This document shows positions 36,228-48,830 of a DNA stretch of 64,000 bases, piece after piece. The DNA lies in assembly GCA_036785375.1 (NCBI GenBank), contig JAWMAR010000026.1:7812001-7876000 (forward strand), in the 5' to 3' direction. The stretch comes from Leucoraja ocellata (taxonomy: Eukaryota). Numbering within the stretch: the first letter of the stretch is position 1; every line of letters begins with the position of its first letter. The position numbers and the translations under genes were made by a program. The notes beneath the pieces were generated by a model. That model was not told the origin of the DNA, made no database searches, and saw nothing but the letters and a program-made list of their open reading frames with translations.

Positions 36228-39200
36228 GCGACCCAAGCCGTATACGGCAATTGTTTTCTTCGTAAACGACTTTATTTGCTTATTCTCAGCATTTATATAC
36301 GCAAAGAAACATATTGCAGTCAACTGATTGAACGCGAACATTTTCTCTACTTCCCGTTTTTTCCATTTGATTTCACATCACAATTCAGCTTCTGTTTCTA
36401 AGTGAATGTCAGACTGTGCAGCAGCATTGGCCTGTCATCTTCTGAGGGGAGGCAGCAAAAAATGTATAGAAGTCTTAGCTCAAATTTACTAAGCGGTGTT
36501 TGAACTACAGCAATAGACACTATACAATAGGTGCAGGAGTAGGCCATTTGGCCCTTCGAGCCAGCACCGCCATTCAATGCGATCATGGCTGATCATCCCC
36601 AATCAGGACCCGTTCCTGCCTTCTCCCCATATCCCCTGACTCCACTATCTAACAGCCCAACAAAATATGTGGACTGTTTTGATGCCCTCACTTAAAGCAA
36701 GGGACATTGATACACAAGACTGTTCAGAGAATTTTCACTGAGATGCCAGCGGGTGTTTTGGGTTTCAATTTATGAGGAAAGACAGGACACTCCCCCCCCC
36801 CCCCCCCTCCCGAGAAGGAAAGGGGATCTATGTACTGCTGTTTTATGGGATTGACAGGATAAACACTCGGGGATGCTGATAGTCATGAATGAATTTTGGA
36901 GCCGCAGCAGCTTCCGGAAATGGGGATGGGTGGTGGTGGGGGAGGGGGGCATTGACATTGAAACGGGGAGTGAATTCGCCTATCAGAAATTGAGAAAGCA
37001 ACATGAAGATGAAACTCTGATTATATTTGTCACCAGCATGAGAATCACAATATATGCATGTATGGCGGAGGAATTGGACAAAGAATGTTGAATCAGCCGA
37101 AAGCCTGGGGAAATAGACTCGATTGGCTTAATGGTCACCTTTGGCTCCTGATATGATCCTGAATTTTGAATTCATCACTGAGATGTCGACAGCATGCTGG
37201 AACTGCAATTAGTATGTTTCGTGTGTTGTCCTGCGACTATGGCCATGGGCTTGGGAAGACGCTTCGAGTGAAACATAAATTAAATTATTTGTGGCCTGTA
37301 GTTACATGCTGTGCGTGCCAGGCAAATACGGCAGATATGCATCCGTGATAGGCACTCATGACTTTGCTCAGAATGTAAGAGCATTTAATAGACCTTGGGC
37401 ATTTTGTAGACAACTGGTACGATTTTTAGAAGTGAGTGCAATATATCAGCTTGGCAATATGGATTTTCATCTAGCATTCGTGTTAACGGACAAAACCCTT
37501 TGGACGGCTGTTACCGAGAGGCACTGGGAGCAATAAAACTGCTAATAAATTTGTCGTATAGAAGGCAAACGCAATATTTTAACTTTACTTATTTCATACA
37601 TACCAGTTGCTCAATAACATCGGATCTTTCTTCTTCCTTCCGCGTACCTGGTCAATTATGAATATTAATTACTTATCTAGATTAAATAATAGAATTTTTC
37701 ACCCGAAAAAGACGGTGGTGTGATAGAGTTAGATGTTAATATAGATCGATGGGGATAATCATGTGCAAAGTGATGGCTTTATTGCCGAATCATTATTAAT
37801 AATAGAGCAAATATGCCGATGCCTCTGCAATAGGTTCCCAACCAGTGACATGCTGCTCACCGGTCTGTATTTCCTGGAATATCTCCGCTTCGCTGCTGAA
37901 TCAAGTTTGCTGCTCCCCAGTCCTGCAGGGATTCGGCTGTGACTAGAGAAAATCTAATGATCAGCTCTTAATAGCCTGTGATAGGTTCCACCAAGCCATG
38001 GGATTTATCCACTTTAATGCTCTTCAAAGGCCCAAACACCACTTCCTTCTTGATGTTCAGCTGCCCAATATGTCACTTATCCGAACATTGATCTCACTGT
38101 GCTCCATACTCCGTAATGATTTTCCGTGATGAATAGAGATGCAGAGTTCTAATTCCTTGGAAGGTGCCAGTCCATGAGATATGGAGGAGTAAATGGATAT
38201 TAGAGAGAACTCGCACCATATGCGCTGATCGTCATAAAACACAATATCATAAAACACAAATGAAACACGGTTGAAGGCAGGAGACTGAAAACGGGAGACA
38301 TTATGCTAAGCACATTGACCACGGTCGATGTAACCAGGAGAGTTCTGGTGGGGCCGGTTTCAAAACATCCTGAAGAAAATGGGAACTATACATATAAGGA
38401 AAGTATAAATAAAGATCAAGCTCGGTCCCTTTGATCTCGTTATGAAAGATAAGGGATGACGACAAGGTTGTCTTTAAAATTAATGGAAGTTCTGAGAACA
38501 TTGATATGGAAAGAATGACGCGTCTTGTGGGAAAGATCAAAAACATAGGCGGTCATTAGAAGGTAGGACTAAAGAAACGTTACGTTAGAAAAAAATATTT
38601 GGGATATTGGAACCAAGGTGAGTTGGTGCAGCGAGTTGCACGCACGACATGGGAAGCCGAGCAGGCAAGCGAGAGAGAAATAAAAATGGTTAATGGTCTT
38701 AGATTTGTAGGAAATTGTGAGAAGGTACGAGAGGTGGGCGAACTCCGGCCTGCGCTGCAATCTAATCGGCTGCAATGAACAATAATGTTTATACCTTTGA
38801 GAGTTCCTATGTTTCCCTTTCTGGAGCTATAACACTTTGGGAAAAAATGCTTACATTATTTCTTACCTTTAATTTTCCTTGCAATACAACGCTTTGCAAT
38901 GACAAGTGCCAATAGCAACGATACAAGACCGCTCACTGCGCATATCGAAATCATGACGTAATTGACGTGATCTGTAAGATTGAAATACATCAGGTATACC
39001 GTATTGTTTTTATACAGATAGTTGTGTGTGCCTGGAAAACGTTGCCAGGGGTGGTGGTGTTGGAGGTAGAATCGAACGTGGGCTTTATGAGTCTTTTGTG
39101 GAGGCACATCGACATACAATGTGTGGATGGAAATAGATCACTTGCTGGGAGTGGAAATTATTTTAACTTGCATCATGTACGACCCGGACATGGCGGGATG

Positions 39201-42200
39201 AAGAGTCTGGTCCTGTGGTGTGCTGTTCTATATTATATGTCAAACAAATAAAACTGGCTTTTAGGCCTCATTTTATGAAACTATTCCTGTAAACGAGAAA
39301 GCCTGGTTTTCATACTTTACAAAAAAAAAAAGCTTTAAAAAGACCATCCGGAGTATTTGCTTTTTCCTTGTTAAAAGGAAACGCCAATATTAGCGATAAT
39401 ATTTAGTTGACACTTCAGATTAAATCGGAGACAGCAAACCGGCGGTCCGACACAGTTATATCCGCTTTAAAATTCAGGAATTTCAATGAGTATATTTTTA
39501 GTGTGTTACTTTATTTCAAGGTTCACATTGTTGGAAAATTCGTGACTTGTAGCAAGTTATGTCATGTTCAGGGAATGAGGTAGAACGTTTCAGCTCTGTG
39601 ACCTTTCGGCCATGAGCGGATAGTAGGTCGTGTATCCATCTTACACCTCTGCGCTGACTTACCTGGCTGTGGAAGCAGAATGGCAGAGCGAGATATGTTC
39701 ATCGGACAACGGGATCACGGGAAATGTTAGAATCGAACAATTGTCCCACGCAGTGGCCGGGAAATATTCGTGTGTTTGTTAGGGGAGTGCTGTCCTCAAA
39801 CACAAAATAATAGTAGACGCGACGAGGTAGTTGATATACTGCAGAGATTAGCAGGCTCGGATCAATTGCATTTTAAAACGTACGATGTGACTGTTCATGT
39901 GTAAGTTGAAACATACAGGCACATGCTTATATTTTGAGGAATATAGAAACCGGAAAACATATTACACTATTCTGGTGCACTGATAAAAGATTTAAGGCAG
40001 GTCGTGGAACTTTGGGCCTCATAGAAGCAGTGGACCCAAAAAGCACGTGATGCCGTGGTAAATGCTTGAAAATCACTACTTTTAATTTAGGTCTGTGCAC
40101 AGGTTGTTTGCGAGAATTATGAGATCATAGTGGCCGGTTCAGTGAAGAGTTGAGAGAAGTTTGGGGTCTTCTCGTTTGGGCAGAAATGAAGGGCAATTGG
40201 TCACGGGGGATGCTTTACTGGGGCAATTACAACCCATTTCCCCTGAAGAAAAAGGAAAACCAGCGGTTATACCGTATCGAGGAGATTTGTAGGAGTAGCT
40301 TTCTTCAGATTCGGAGTGCAGCGCCTGACATGTTGGAGGTAGCAGCTCCCAATGAAATTTGTCAAAAGACAATTTTGCGTGTACTTGATGAGAGCATTTG
40401 AGGCCACATGGAATTCCAGCGGATGTGATTATAATAGAGGGATCTTCAAGGTTGAAAGTTTCAGGCCAGGACTAACGGTAATTCGTATCATGCGACATTT
40501 TGTGAAATCTCAAACTTTACGTATATTTCTATGGTAATAGAGATACACAGTCTTACCTGTGTCGGAGTTGATGACAACGTAAGTAGCTGCTGCAGGAACA
40601 CGGTGAGTTACATGATTCACAAGGCAGGTGTAAACGGTGCCGGTCGGGCCATACTGTGTCACCTTTAATCGGCTGGAAGCTTCATACAATCCATCTGCGG
40701 TGGGCTTGTTGCTATTAACTAAAACCGTTGTAATTTTTATACCATCTTTATACCAGATGAAGCTGATATCCTTTGGGTAAAAGGGAGATGTCGCGCAGAG
40801 AATAAAGAAGGATTCCGTCTTCTCGGGAATTCCAGAGTAAATTTTCAGTGGAGTTGGCGGAACTAGGGAATGAAGGTCAGTGATACGTTTATATTAGTAG
40901 AAAATAAGTGCGCGGAGTGTGAATGGTTAATGTGAGGCGGATTCGCGCGTTCATTGTGCTTTTATATTAATGTAAACTGAATCTTTATACCCGATTTGAC
41001 ATCAGAGATGTCGTTTACTCTCAATTCCTCCGTCTACGCCGCATCTGCGCGCAAGATGATGTGTTCCATACCAGGACATCTGAGATGCCTTCATGCAATA
41101 GGAAACAGGGGTTCCATCATAAACGATGCCCTCACTGGTGTCTCCTCGATATCCCGCAGCTCCGCGCTTGCCCCCCCCCCCCCCTCCCCCAGTCGCAACA
41201 GGGGCATAGTCCCCCTAGTCCTCACCGTTCACCCCATCAGCCGTCGCATACAGCACATGATTCTCCGGCATTTTCGCCACCTCCAACGGGATCCCACCAC
41301 TAGCCAACACTTTAACTCCCCCTCCTATTCCCACACTGATCTTTTTGTCCTGGGACTCTTCCATTGTCAAAGTGATGTCCACGGTAAATTGGAGGAACAA
41401 CACCTCGTATTTCGCTTGGGCAGCTTAAGCCCCAGCGGTATGAATATTCATTTCTAATTTCAAGTAACTCTTGCCTTCGCTCTCTTTCCAGTTCTCCGAC
41501 TAATCTGACTGTCCTCGTATACATTTTATCTCTGTTTACCTTGTTGTTCCCTTCTCCTAGCTAACAATGATCTATTCTACATTCTACATTCTACATTCCC
41601 CCTTTGTCTCGTATTGACACCACACATTTCCTTATCTCTGTGTCTCCGTCTCCCCTACCAGTCTGAAGAAAGGTCTCGACCCGAAACGTCGCCCATTCCT
41701 TCTATCCAGAGATGCTGCCTGTCCTGCTGAGTGACGCCAGCATTTTGTGTCTATCTTCGGTTTAAACCAGCATCTGCAGTTCCCACAACATGATGGTAAA
41801 TGTGTTGTTCTTGCCACACTGAGGTCTCGGGGAAATGCCAAACATGGAAATGTTGAATAAAAAATGTGAATACAAAATTCTGAAAAATGTAATTTAGTTG
41901 TGATATGAGAATTTTGGGTGGACTGTTCGGGATACCTTGCAGGTCATTTGAAATGTTGATGGAAATTTAGGTTCCGATTCTTCGCTATTTTACGTCCGCA
42001 ACATTAGCGTCCAAACTTATTCATGTGGAGGCCACGGCTACAATTGAATGACTCTAACGTCCAATATATAAACAAGCACTTGATCTAACGCAGGCGAAAT
42101 GGTACATCGTATGGGGTCACCCACTACCATAGTTGCATATGTCTCTTGCGTATTCACGGCGGGCACTACAATGCTACCTGTATTGTACTGATGTTATGCT

Positions 42201-42966
42201 GTGCTTTGGAAATAAACATCCAATACATAAGATACGTTTTGATTAATATCGCTAACACGTCTTGTTATACATATCAGCATGCAGACCATCTATGGTATGA
42301 TTTACCAATTGCAATATTTATAATATTCATCTGGCTGTATGAATGATTAAAATCTGAAAACAACACGTTACTTGCAGGGCAATATCACAGTCGCGAAATC
42401 GCATTCGTTACACGTTTAAATATACTTACCCAACACAACTAATGTCGATCCGGTTCCGTTGCCAACTAAAGTGCCCCGGCGGGTGATGGTACAATAATAT
42501 ACTCCGGCATCCTGTCGGCTCACATTGGCTATTTTCAGGAAGCCACTGAATTTAGTGCTGACGCCGGAAATCGTTCTCCCGTCAGGGTCTGGGATGAAAA
42601 AATCATTTTCACCCTGTTTCCACCAATGTACGCTTACGCTGGGCCCTTCACGAAAGAAGGGAAGAGAGCAGTGAAACGAAGCATGTTGGCCCGTCGAGAC
42701 ATTTATTGCTTGAGGAAATTGATTTACTTCGTCTGCAGTTTCCCCAGAGCCTAAAGGAAAGAAAAACAGGCCAGATTAGGAATATTTCACCCCAGAAGGT
42801 TAAACGCAAGAGCAGGGCTAATTGTAGATGGAAATAAAGACACGCATTAAAGAAACCTTGAATAGATGTAGGTTTTAGTCTGTATAAACGGTTTATGGGG
42901 ATGCCATGTACCTGTGAAAATTATCCCCCAAAAAATGAAACAGCGAAGTGCAATACTGGACAACAT
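31512..42966 (-). CDS. IgSF gene B: leader-VJ-C1-TM inhibitory-type receptor with ITIM tail (tail exons duplicated)
   Basis: L 42912-42966 ([18 protein letters not shown]), V 42430-42750, C1 40557-40862, TM 38867-38971. Tail cassette 1: 37604-37647, 35868-35975, 35183-35302. Tail cassette 2: 33589-33632, 32031-32138, 31512-31679. Introns are GT-AG and phases are compatible (1,1,1,1,0,0). Confidence 0.9.
33658..34415 (-). mobile_element. CR1 3' fragment inserted about 24 nt upstream of a tail-exon acceptor, 6-bp TSD AATTAC
   Basis: aattac at 33652-33657 and 34416-34421. The empty site is seen in the paralogous cassette at about 37667-37680. Confidence 0.85.
35183..37647 (-). CDS. Gene B cytoplasmic cassette 1 (three exons)
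   Basis: 37604-37647 (G)[14 protein letters not shown]; 35868-35975 [36 protein letters not shown]; 35183-35302 [39 protein letters not shown]. An N gap lies in the last intron. Confidence 0.75.
38867..38971 (-). CDS. Gene B transmembrane exon (neutral TM)
   Basis: 105 nt: (D)[34 protein letters not shown]. Acceptor tcttacag, donor gtaag. Confidence 0.9.
40557..40862 (-). CDS. Gene B C1-set exon
   Basis: 306 nt: (V)[40 protein letters not shown]...[12 protein letters not shown]...[26 protein letters not shown]. Confidence 0.93.
41005..41790 (+). mobile_element. Penelope-like remnant in the gene B V-C1 intron (paralog 61570-62045)
   Basis: LRLRRIC..., [27 protein letters not shown] motifs and a ctgaaga...gaaacgtc terminal repeat. 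Confidence 0.75.
42430..42750 (-). CDS. Gene B VJ exon
   Basis: 321 nt: (G)[106 protein letters not shown]. Strong polypyrimidine acceptor, donor gtaagt. Absent from the ORF track. Confidence 0.93.
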
Positions 42967-43949
42967 TCTGCAGCAAGTGATGACAGGACGTGTGGAGCAG
43001 TGAACGTATCTGAAGGTTGAATTGTCAGACGATGAAGCGCGTCACTCCTTCTGTGATTGCAGCGCGGCTCTTGTCGATGTGGCGAGACTTAATTTTACTT
43101 GCATTGCTGTCAACAGCGCCACAATCGGCTGTGGACTTTCACTGAATGAAGAGAAAGCAATACACCAAACAAATATAACGTAGATGAGCTCTAAAATCCT
43201 GCGTTTTGCATCTAGTTGGGCTAAATTGACTCCCCGCCTCCCCAATCAAACCACACACCCCAACCCTAGCAGTCCCATTCCGCCATCCCAACGTCATCAC
43301 CCCGGATCGCTACCATCCCTGACCACGACCCACCGCTCCCCCTCCCCTCACCGCACCGCCCATTTCGTCCCTTCTCGCTTCCACTCCAATAATCAGCGAG
43401 TCCTTGTGCTAACACAAGCTATGATGACGACATTTAAGCGCTAATCCCCATTTTTGTAATTCCCCTGCTCTCCATACTGAATTTAGATTGATCTTCCGCG
43501 CAGGATGAAGAGAAAAGTCCTCATTTTGTTCAGTTAGTCTCTGCAAAAACATCGGTACACTTGTGCAATGATAGCGGAAGTTTGCGTCATTTCAGCAGAA
43601 AAATCTGCGAAATCATTTCAGATAAGATTGGTGAGACCCATTGGTCTATAGTTTAGCAAAGAAATAGATAACGCATTCTTAAAGTTCGTAACAGAGGGAG
43701 GTATTCGCCATTCAATAGAGATTGCTGGTGAAACAGCGTCGGATTTAACAGGAAACAACCATAAATTGCTTCACCGCTGCTTCTGAGGCATTCGTTCTTC
43801 TGTTGTCGGCGTTTCTGCTTTCGCCACCACCGAAAAGCTCTCAGTGTTACGTCGGTTTGGTGAAACGGTTTTGTATTATTCAGTGAGAAAATCCATAATC
43901 GACGAGGCGGGCACGGTGAAACATATAGCAGGGGACCGGGGGTCAAATT

Positions 43950-45610
43950 AGATGGATGAAGTGAGTAAAATCCAGGTTAGCCGGGAAGTGGTGTTAGGTA
44001 GATTGAATGGATTAAAGGCCGATAAATCACCAGGACCAGATAGGCTGCATCCCAGAGTACTTAAGCAAGTAGCCCTAGAAATAGTGGGTGCATTAGTGAT
44101 AATTTTTCAAAATTCTTTAGATTCTGGAGTAGTTGCTGAGGATTGGAGGGTAGCTAATGTAACCCCACTTTTTAAAAAGGGAGGGAGAGAGAAAACGGGG
44201 AATTACAGTCCAGTTAGTCTAACATCGGTAGTGGGGGAACTGCTAGAGTCAGTTATTAAAGATGGGATAGCAGCACATTTGGAAAGTGGTGAAATCATTG
44301 GACAAAGTCAGCATGAATTTATGAAAGGTAAATCATGTCTGACGAATCTTATAGAAATGTTCGAGGATGTAACTAGTAGAGTGGATAAGGGAGAACCAGT
44401 GGATGTGTTATATCTGGACATTCAGAAGGCTTTCCACAAGGTCCCACATAAGAGATTAGTATACAAACCTAATGCACACAGTATTGGGGGTTCAGTATTT
44501 ATAGATAGAGAACTGGCTGGCAGACAGGAAGCAAAGAGTAGGAGTAAACGTGTCATTTTCAGAATGGCAGGCAGTGACTAGTGGGGTACCGCAAGGCTCA
44601 GTGCTGGGACCCCAGCTATTTACAATATATATTAATGGTTTGGACGAGGGAATTGTATGCAACATCTCAAAGTTTGCGGATGACACGAAGCTGGGGGGCA
44701 GTGTTAGCTGTGAGGAGGATGCTAGGAGGCTGCAAGGTGACTTGGGTAGGCTGGGTGAGTGGGCAAATGCATGGCAGATGCAGTATAATGTGGATAAATG
44801 TGAGGATATCTACTTTGGTGGCAAAAACAGGAAAGTAGGCTATTATCTGAATGGTGGCCGATTAGGAAAAGGGGAGATGCAACGAGGCCTGGGTGGCATG
44901 GTACACCAGTCATAAAAAGTAGGCATGCAGGTGCAGCAGGCAGTGAAGAAAGCCAATGGTATGTTAGCATTCATAGCAAAAGGATGTGAGTATAGGAGCA
45001 GATAGGTTCTACTGCAGTTGTACAGGGTCTTGGTGAGACCACACCTGGAGTATTGCGTACGGTTTTGGTCTCCTAATCTGAGGAAAGACATTCTTGCCAT
45101 AGAGGGAGTACAGAGAAGGTTCACCAGACTGATTCCTGGGATGTCAGGACTTTCATATGAAGAAAGACTGGATAGACTCGGCTTGTACTTGCTAGCATTT
45201 AGAAGATTGAGGGGGGGATCTTATAGAAACTTACACAACTCTTAAGGGGTTGAACAGGCCAGATGCAGGAAGATTTTTCCCGATGTTGAGGAAATCTAGA
45301 ACAAGGGATCACAGTTCATGGGTAAGGGGGAAATCTTTTAGGACCGAGATGAGAAAAATATTTTTCACACAGAAAGTGGTGAATCTCTGGAATTCTCTGC
45401 CACTGAAGATAGTTCTGGCCAGTTCATTTGCTGTAATTAAGAGGTAGTTAGATGTGACCCTTGTGGCTAAAGGGATCAGAGGGTATGGAGAGAAGGCAGG
45501 TACAGGATACCGAGTTGGATGATCAACCATGATCATATTGAATGGCGGTAATGCTTGAAGGGCCGAATGGCCTACTCCTGCACCTATTTTCCATGTTTCT
45601 GTGTTTCTAT
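43950..45610 (+). mobile_element. CR1 LINE RT half upstream of gene B (same insertion at 63730-64000 upstream of gene C)
   Basis: KSPGPDRLHPRVLK, SGVPQGSVLGPQLF, KFADDTKLGG; same 5' junction (ggggaccgggggtcaaattagatggatga) in both paralogs. Confidence 0.9.
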
Positions 45611-47779
45611 GTGATTTGTTGCCCAGATGGTGGGCTTTGGACCGACTATTGTACGTTTTCCAAGCAGAAATACCGTTCACCGCCGTAACCCATATACCGA
45701 TGGAAATGCCGAAATACGTGCCAAAAATTGCTAAACATGGAGGAAATCAAGCCAGACTCAATACTTCATAATTTGATTGTCCCGGCAGTGATGCAGGCAC
45801 GGTTAGTGTAGTTTAGTGTCGGGGAGTGGATGCAAGCGGAGGGGGGAGTGCGTGTAGACAGGTTAAACTATGTCAACGTCAATGAAGAATTCACAGGGGT
45901 TGTGCGGACACCTGTTTCTATAGTTTGCGCAAAGCTGTTTGATTGCTAATAAAGGCGTTCAGCGATTAATTATTATCAGGTTATCAGTTCACATAAGCAA
46001 TCCAATTGCTCCAAATACGGCAGGATTAGGAAGACAGCGGAATAAACTGCATGGTTGTGACTATTTGGAATATAATATTAGTAAGATAATCGTTTGAGCA
46101 ATATACTGACAACAATTACCGGTTTCTAAAACCCTATTCTATATGTGAGTATGGCGAATTCTCTGTGAAGAATCGCTAATTGTATGAGTTGTGGTTATAT
46201 AAAAATAGCCTGGCAAAGTTTGCTGGGATGCAGAGAAATCCGTACCTCACTGTTAGTTATTTTTCTATCTTCCTAGATGCTCCAATGTACTTGCATAAGT
46301 CCTTCGGACATTGTAGTCTGAACTGCTTTACTTCCTGTGGACGCGAAACCTGGAGGTAACTGGAGACTCCACAGATATCCAGATGGAATGCAATCAGAAA
46401 GCAAAGAGGCCCAGTCCTGCTTTACGTACACGGTGCTACAAGCTACTGTATATCCAAGGCGGGCGCCACAGTTGGAAGTAATGACCTGGATCAGTAAATG
46501 CCTAAAGTAGTTGAAAGTGCTGACCTGAATTAGAGGGTTTATACTATAGTATTGTCACATCCTTGTGTGCTGGTTGTCAATCAATGCCTGAATCCCAATA
46601 ATCCATGGAAATCCATATATTACAAGGAATAAGGGACTCTGGACAGAGACGTTTCCTTATATCATGACATAACCGTTCTCTTAATGAAAGCAAGACAAAG
46701 AAGTTATGATCGACTTCGGCAAGCGAAGCGTTGCACATACCCTGGTATACATTGATGCTGCTAAAGTAAAGATGGCTGAAAGCTCCAGGTTTTTAGGAAT
46801 ACATATCACCAACAATTTGTCCTAGACCAGCCACGTCGATACAATGGCAAATAAAGCACACCAATACCTCTACTCTCTTAGAAGGCTTGGGCAGTTACGC
46901 ATGTCCCCAACAGCCCAGCCTCAAAAGATGCGCCATTGAAAACATTTTATCGGGCCGCATCAAGGCATGGTTTGGGAACAGCTACTCCCAAGACAGCTAG
47001 AAATTACAGCGAGTTGCGGACGTACCCCAGACTACCACGTAGACTAACCTCTCTTCGGAGTCAGGGGATATGGGGAGAAGGCAGGAACGGGCTAATGATA
47101 GTGGATGATCAGCCATGATCACATTGAATGGCGGTACTGGCTCGAAGGGCCAAATGGCCTACTCCCGCACCTATTATCTATTGTCTATTGTTGTTAATCC
47201 CGCACCTGACTGCTCAAATGAACAAAGAGGCGACTGGACACACGTAAACACACACAGGTATATATGGGGAAATACCAATGTGGATTCGCGTTTGATTCAT
47301 CGAATCAGAATGGAGAACAGTGAACAAATGAATCCGAGTGAAGTGGAGGGATGAGATACATCTGCTTTTGTAATGGTATCCGTACAGTGGATATAGTAAG
47401 CATGGCTTTGTGCATGAGAGACGAATTTGCCAGAGTATTTTGAAGAAGCAGCAAAGAAGATTGCTGGTGCCAGGGCCATAGACGTCGTCTAAATGGATTT
47501 TAGCAAGGCATTTGAGAAGTACAAAGGACAGTATAGCATAGGCACGGGCCTTTTGGCCAGGTATATCTGCTCCGAACATAATGCTGAAATTAGGTATAAT
47601 TTTAAGGAGAAACAGGAATCACTTAAAGGGTTTAATTTAGATTGGAAGGGAGTGGGATCCGAAGGAAGACTGAGAGATGAGATGTTGGAAGCCGTATGCA
47701 TGGAGATGAAATAAGATCAGACGACATAATAGAAAGGATTACCGTAGGGAGTGAGGAAGGGCTGTTGGATTGAATTGCA

Positions 47780-48830
47780 CTTATTTTTTAATGCGAGAGG
47801 CCTTATTGCTAAATCAGATGAACTCAAGGTGTTGATAGGTCTGTGCGACTGGAATGCCGTAGCCATTAAGGAAACCTGGCTAACAGAGGGACAGGACTGG
47901 CAACTTAATGTTCCGGGATACAGGTGCTGCAGGAGAGATAGATCTGGGGTAAAAGAGGAGGGGGCTGTTGCTTTATTGATTAAGGAGAATGTCATGGCAC
48001 TAGTCCGAGATGACATTACTGGTAGTTCGTCCATTTAGACTATATGGTTAGAGTGGAGACATAAAAAAGGGGATTATCACCTTGTTGTGACTCACAAATA
48101 GTTAACATGAATTAGAAGAGCAGATATGCCCCAGCATTGCTGGCAGCTGCAAGACTAATAATAAGGTTATCATGATCGGGGATTTTAACTTTCAAACATA
48201 CACTGGGACTGCATTGTGTAAAAGGCTTAGGTGGGGTGGAATGTGTCAAATGTGTTCAGGAACGTTTCCTCATGCAACATGCAGAGGGCCCGACATGGTA
48301 GAGGGCAGAGCTTAATCTACTCTTAAGAAATTGGGAAGAGCATGTGACTGAAGCGTTCTTTGTGTGAGCCTTCTGCGACCGTTGACTGCTGTTCGATTAG
48401 TTTAAAGATAGTTTAAAGATAGTTAAGGATAGAGATAGGGCCATCCAGCCCGTTAAATTACCAGATTGGGGCAGGGCCTACTTTGATCGTATTGGACAAG
48501 GAATTGCTTCAGTTGATTGCACGCGTTTAATTGCGGGAAACGAAGCATTTGAAAAGTTGGATGCTTTAAAAATTATGATTACAAGAGTTCTGGGCAGGCA
48601 CATTCATGTTAGAATGAAAGGAAAGCACCTGGGTGTGAGGAAGTTCAGATAATGAGAGAAACTGAGGTTTTACTATGGAAAAAGGCGGTGGCATCTCAGA
48701 ATCTGGGACAGTTAATGGAAGGTACTTGAGGTAAGTCGGTATTGCGGTCGATGAAGTACTGAACGTCCTAAGTTGTGTGAAGGTAGACAAACCCCCCAGG
48801 CTTGATCAGATCTTTATAGAGGACACAGTA
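47780..48830 (+). mobile_element. Degenerate CR1 endonuclease region
   Basis: FNARGL...AIKETWLTEGQDWQLNVPGYRCCRRDR...GAVALLIKE. Confidence 0.7.

Noticed and set aside
37860-37942. Possible extra tail exon [10 protein letters not shown]...GNTDR in gene B
   Set aside because: Phase 1-2 is incompatible with the next exon, and I saw no homolog in cassette 2 or gene C.
46277-46510. Possible degenerate Ig exon after a strong plus-strand acceptor
   Set aside because: Stops in all frames and no recognisable Ig cysteine/tryptophan pattern.
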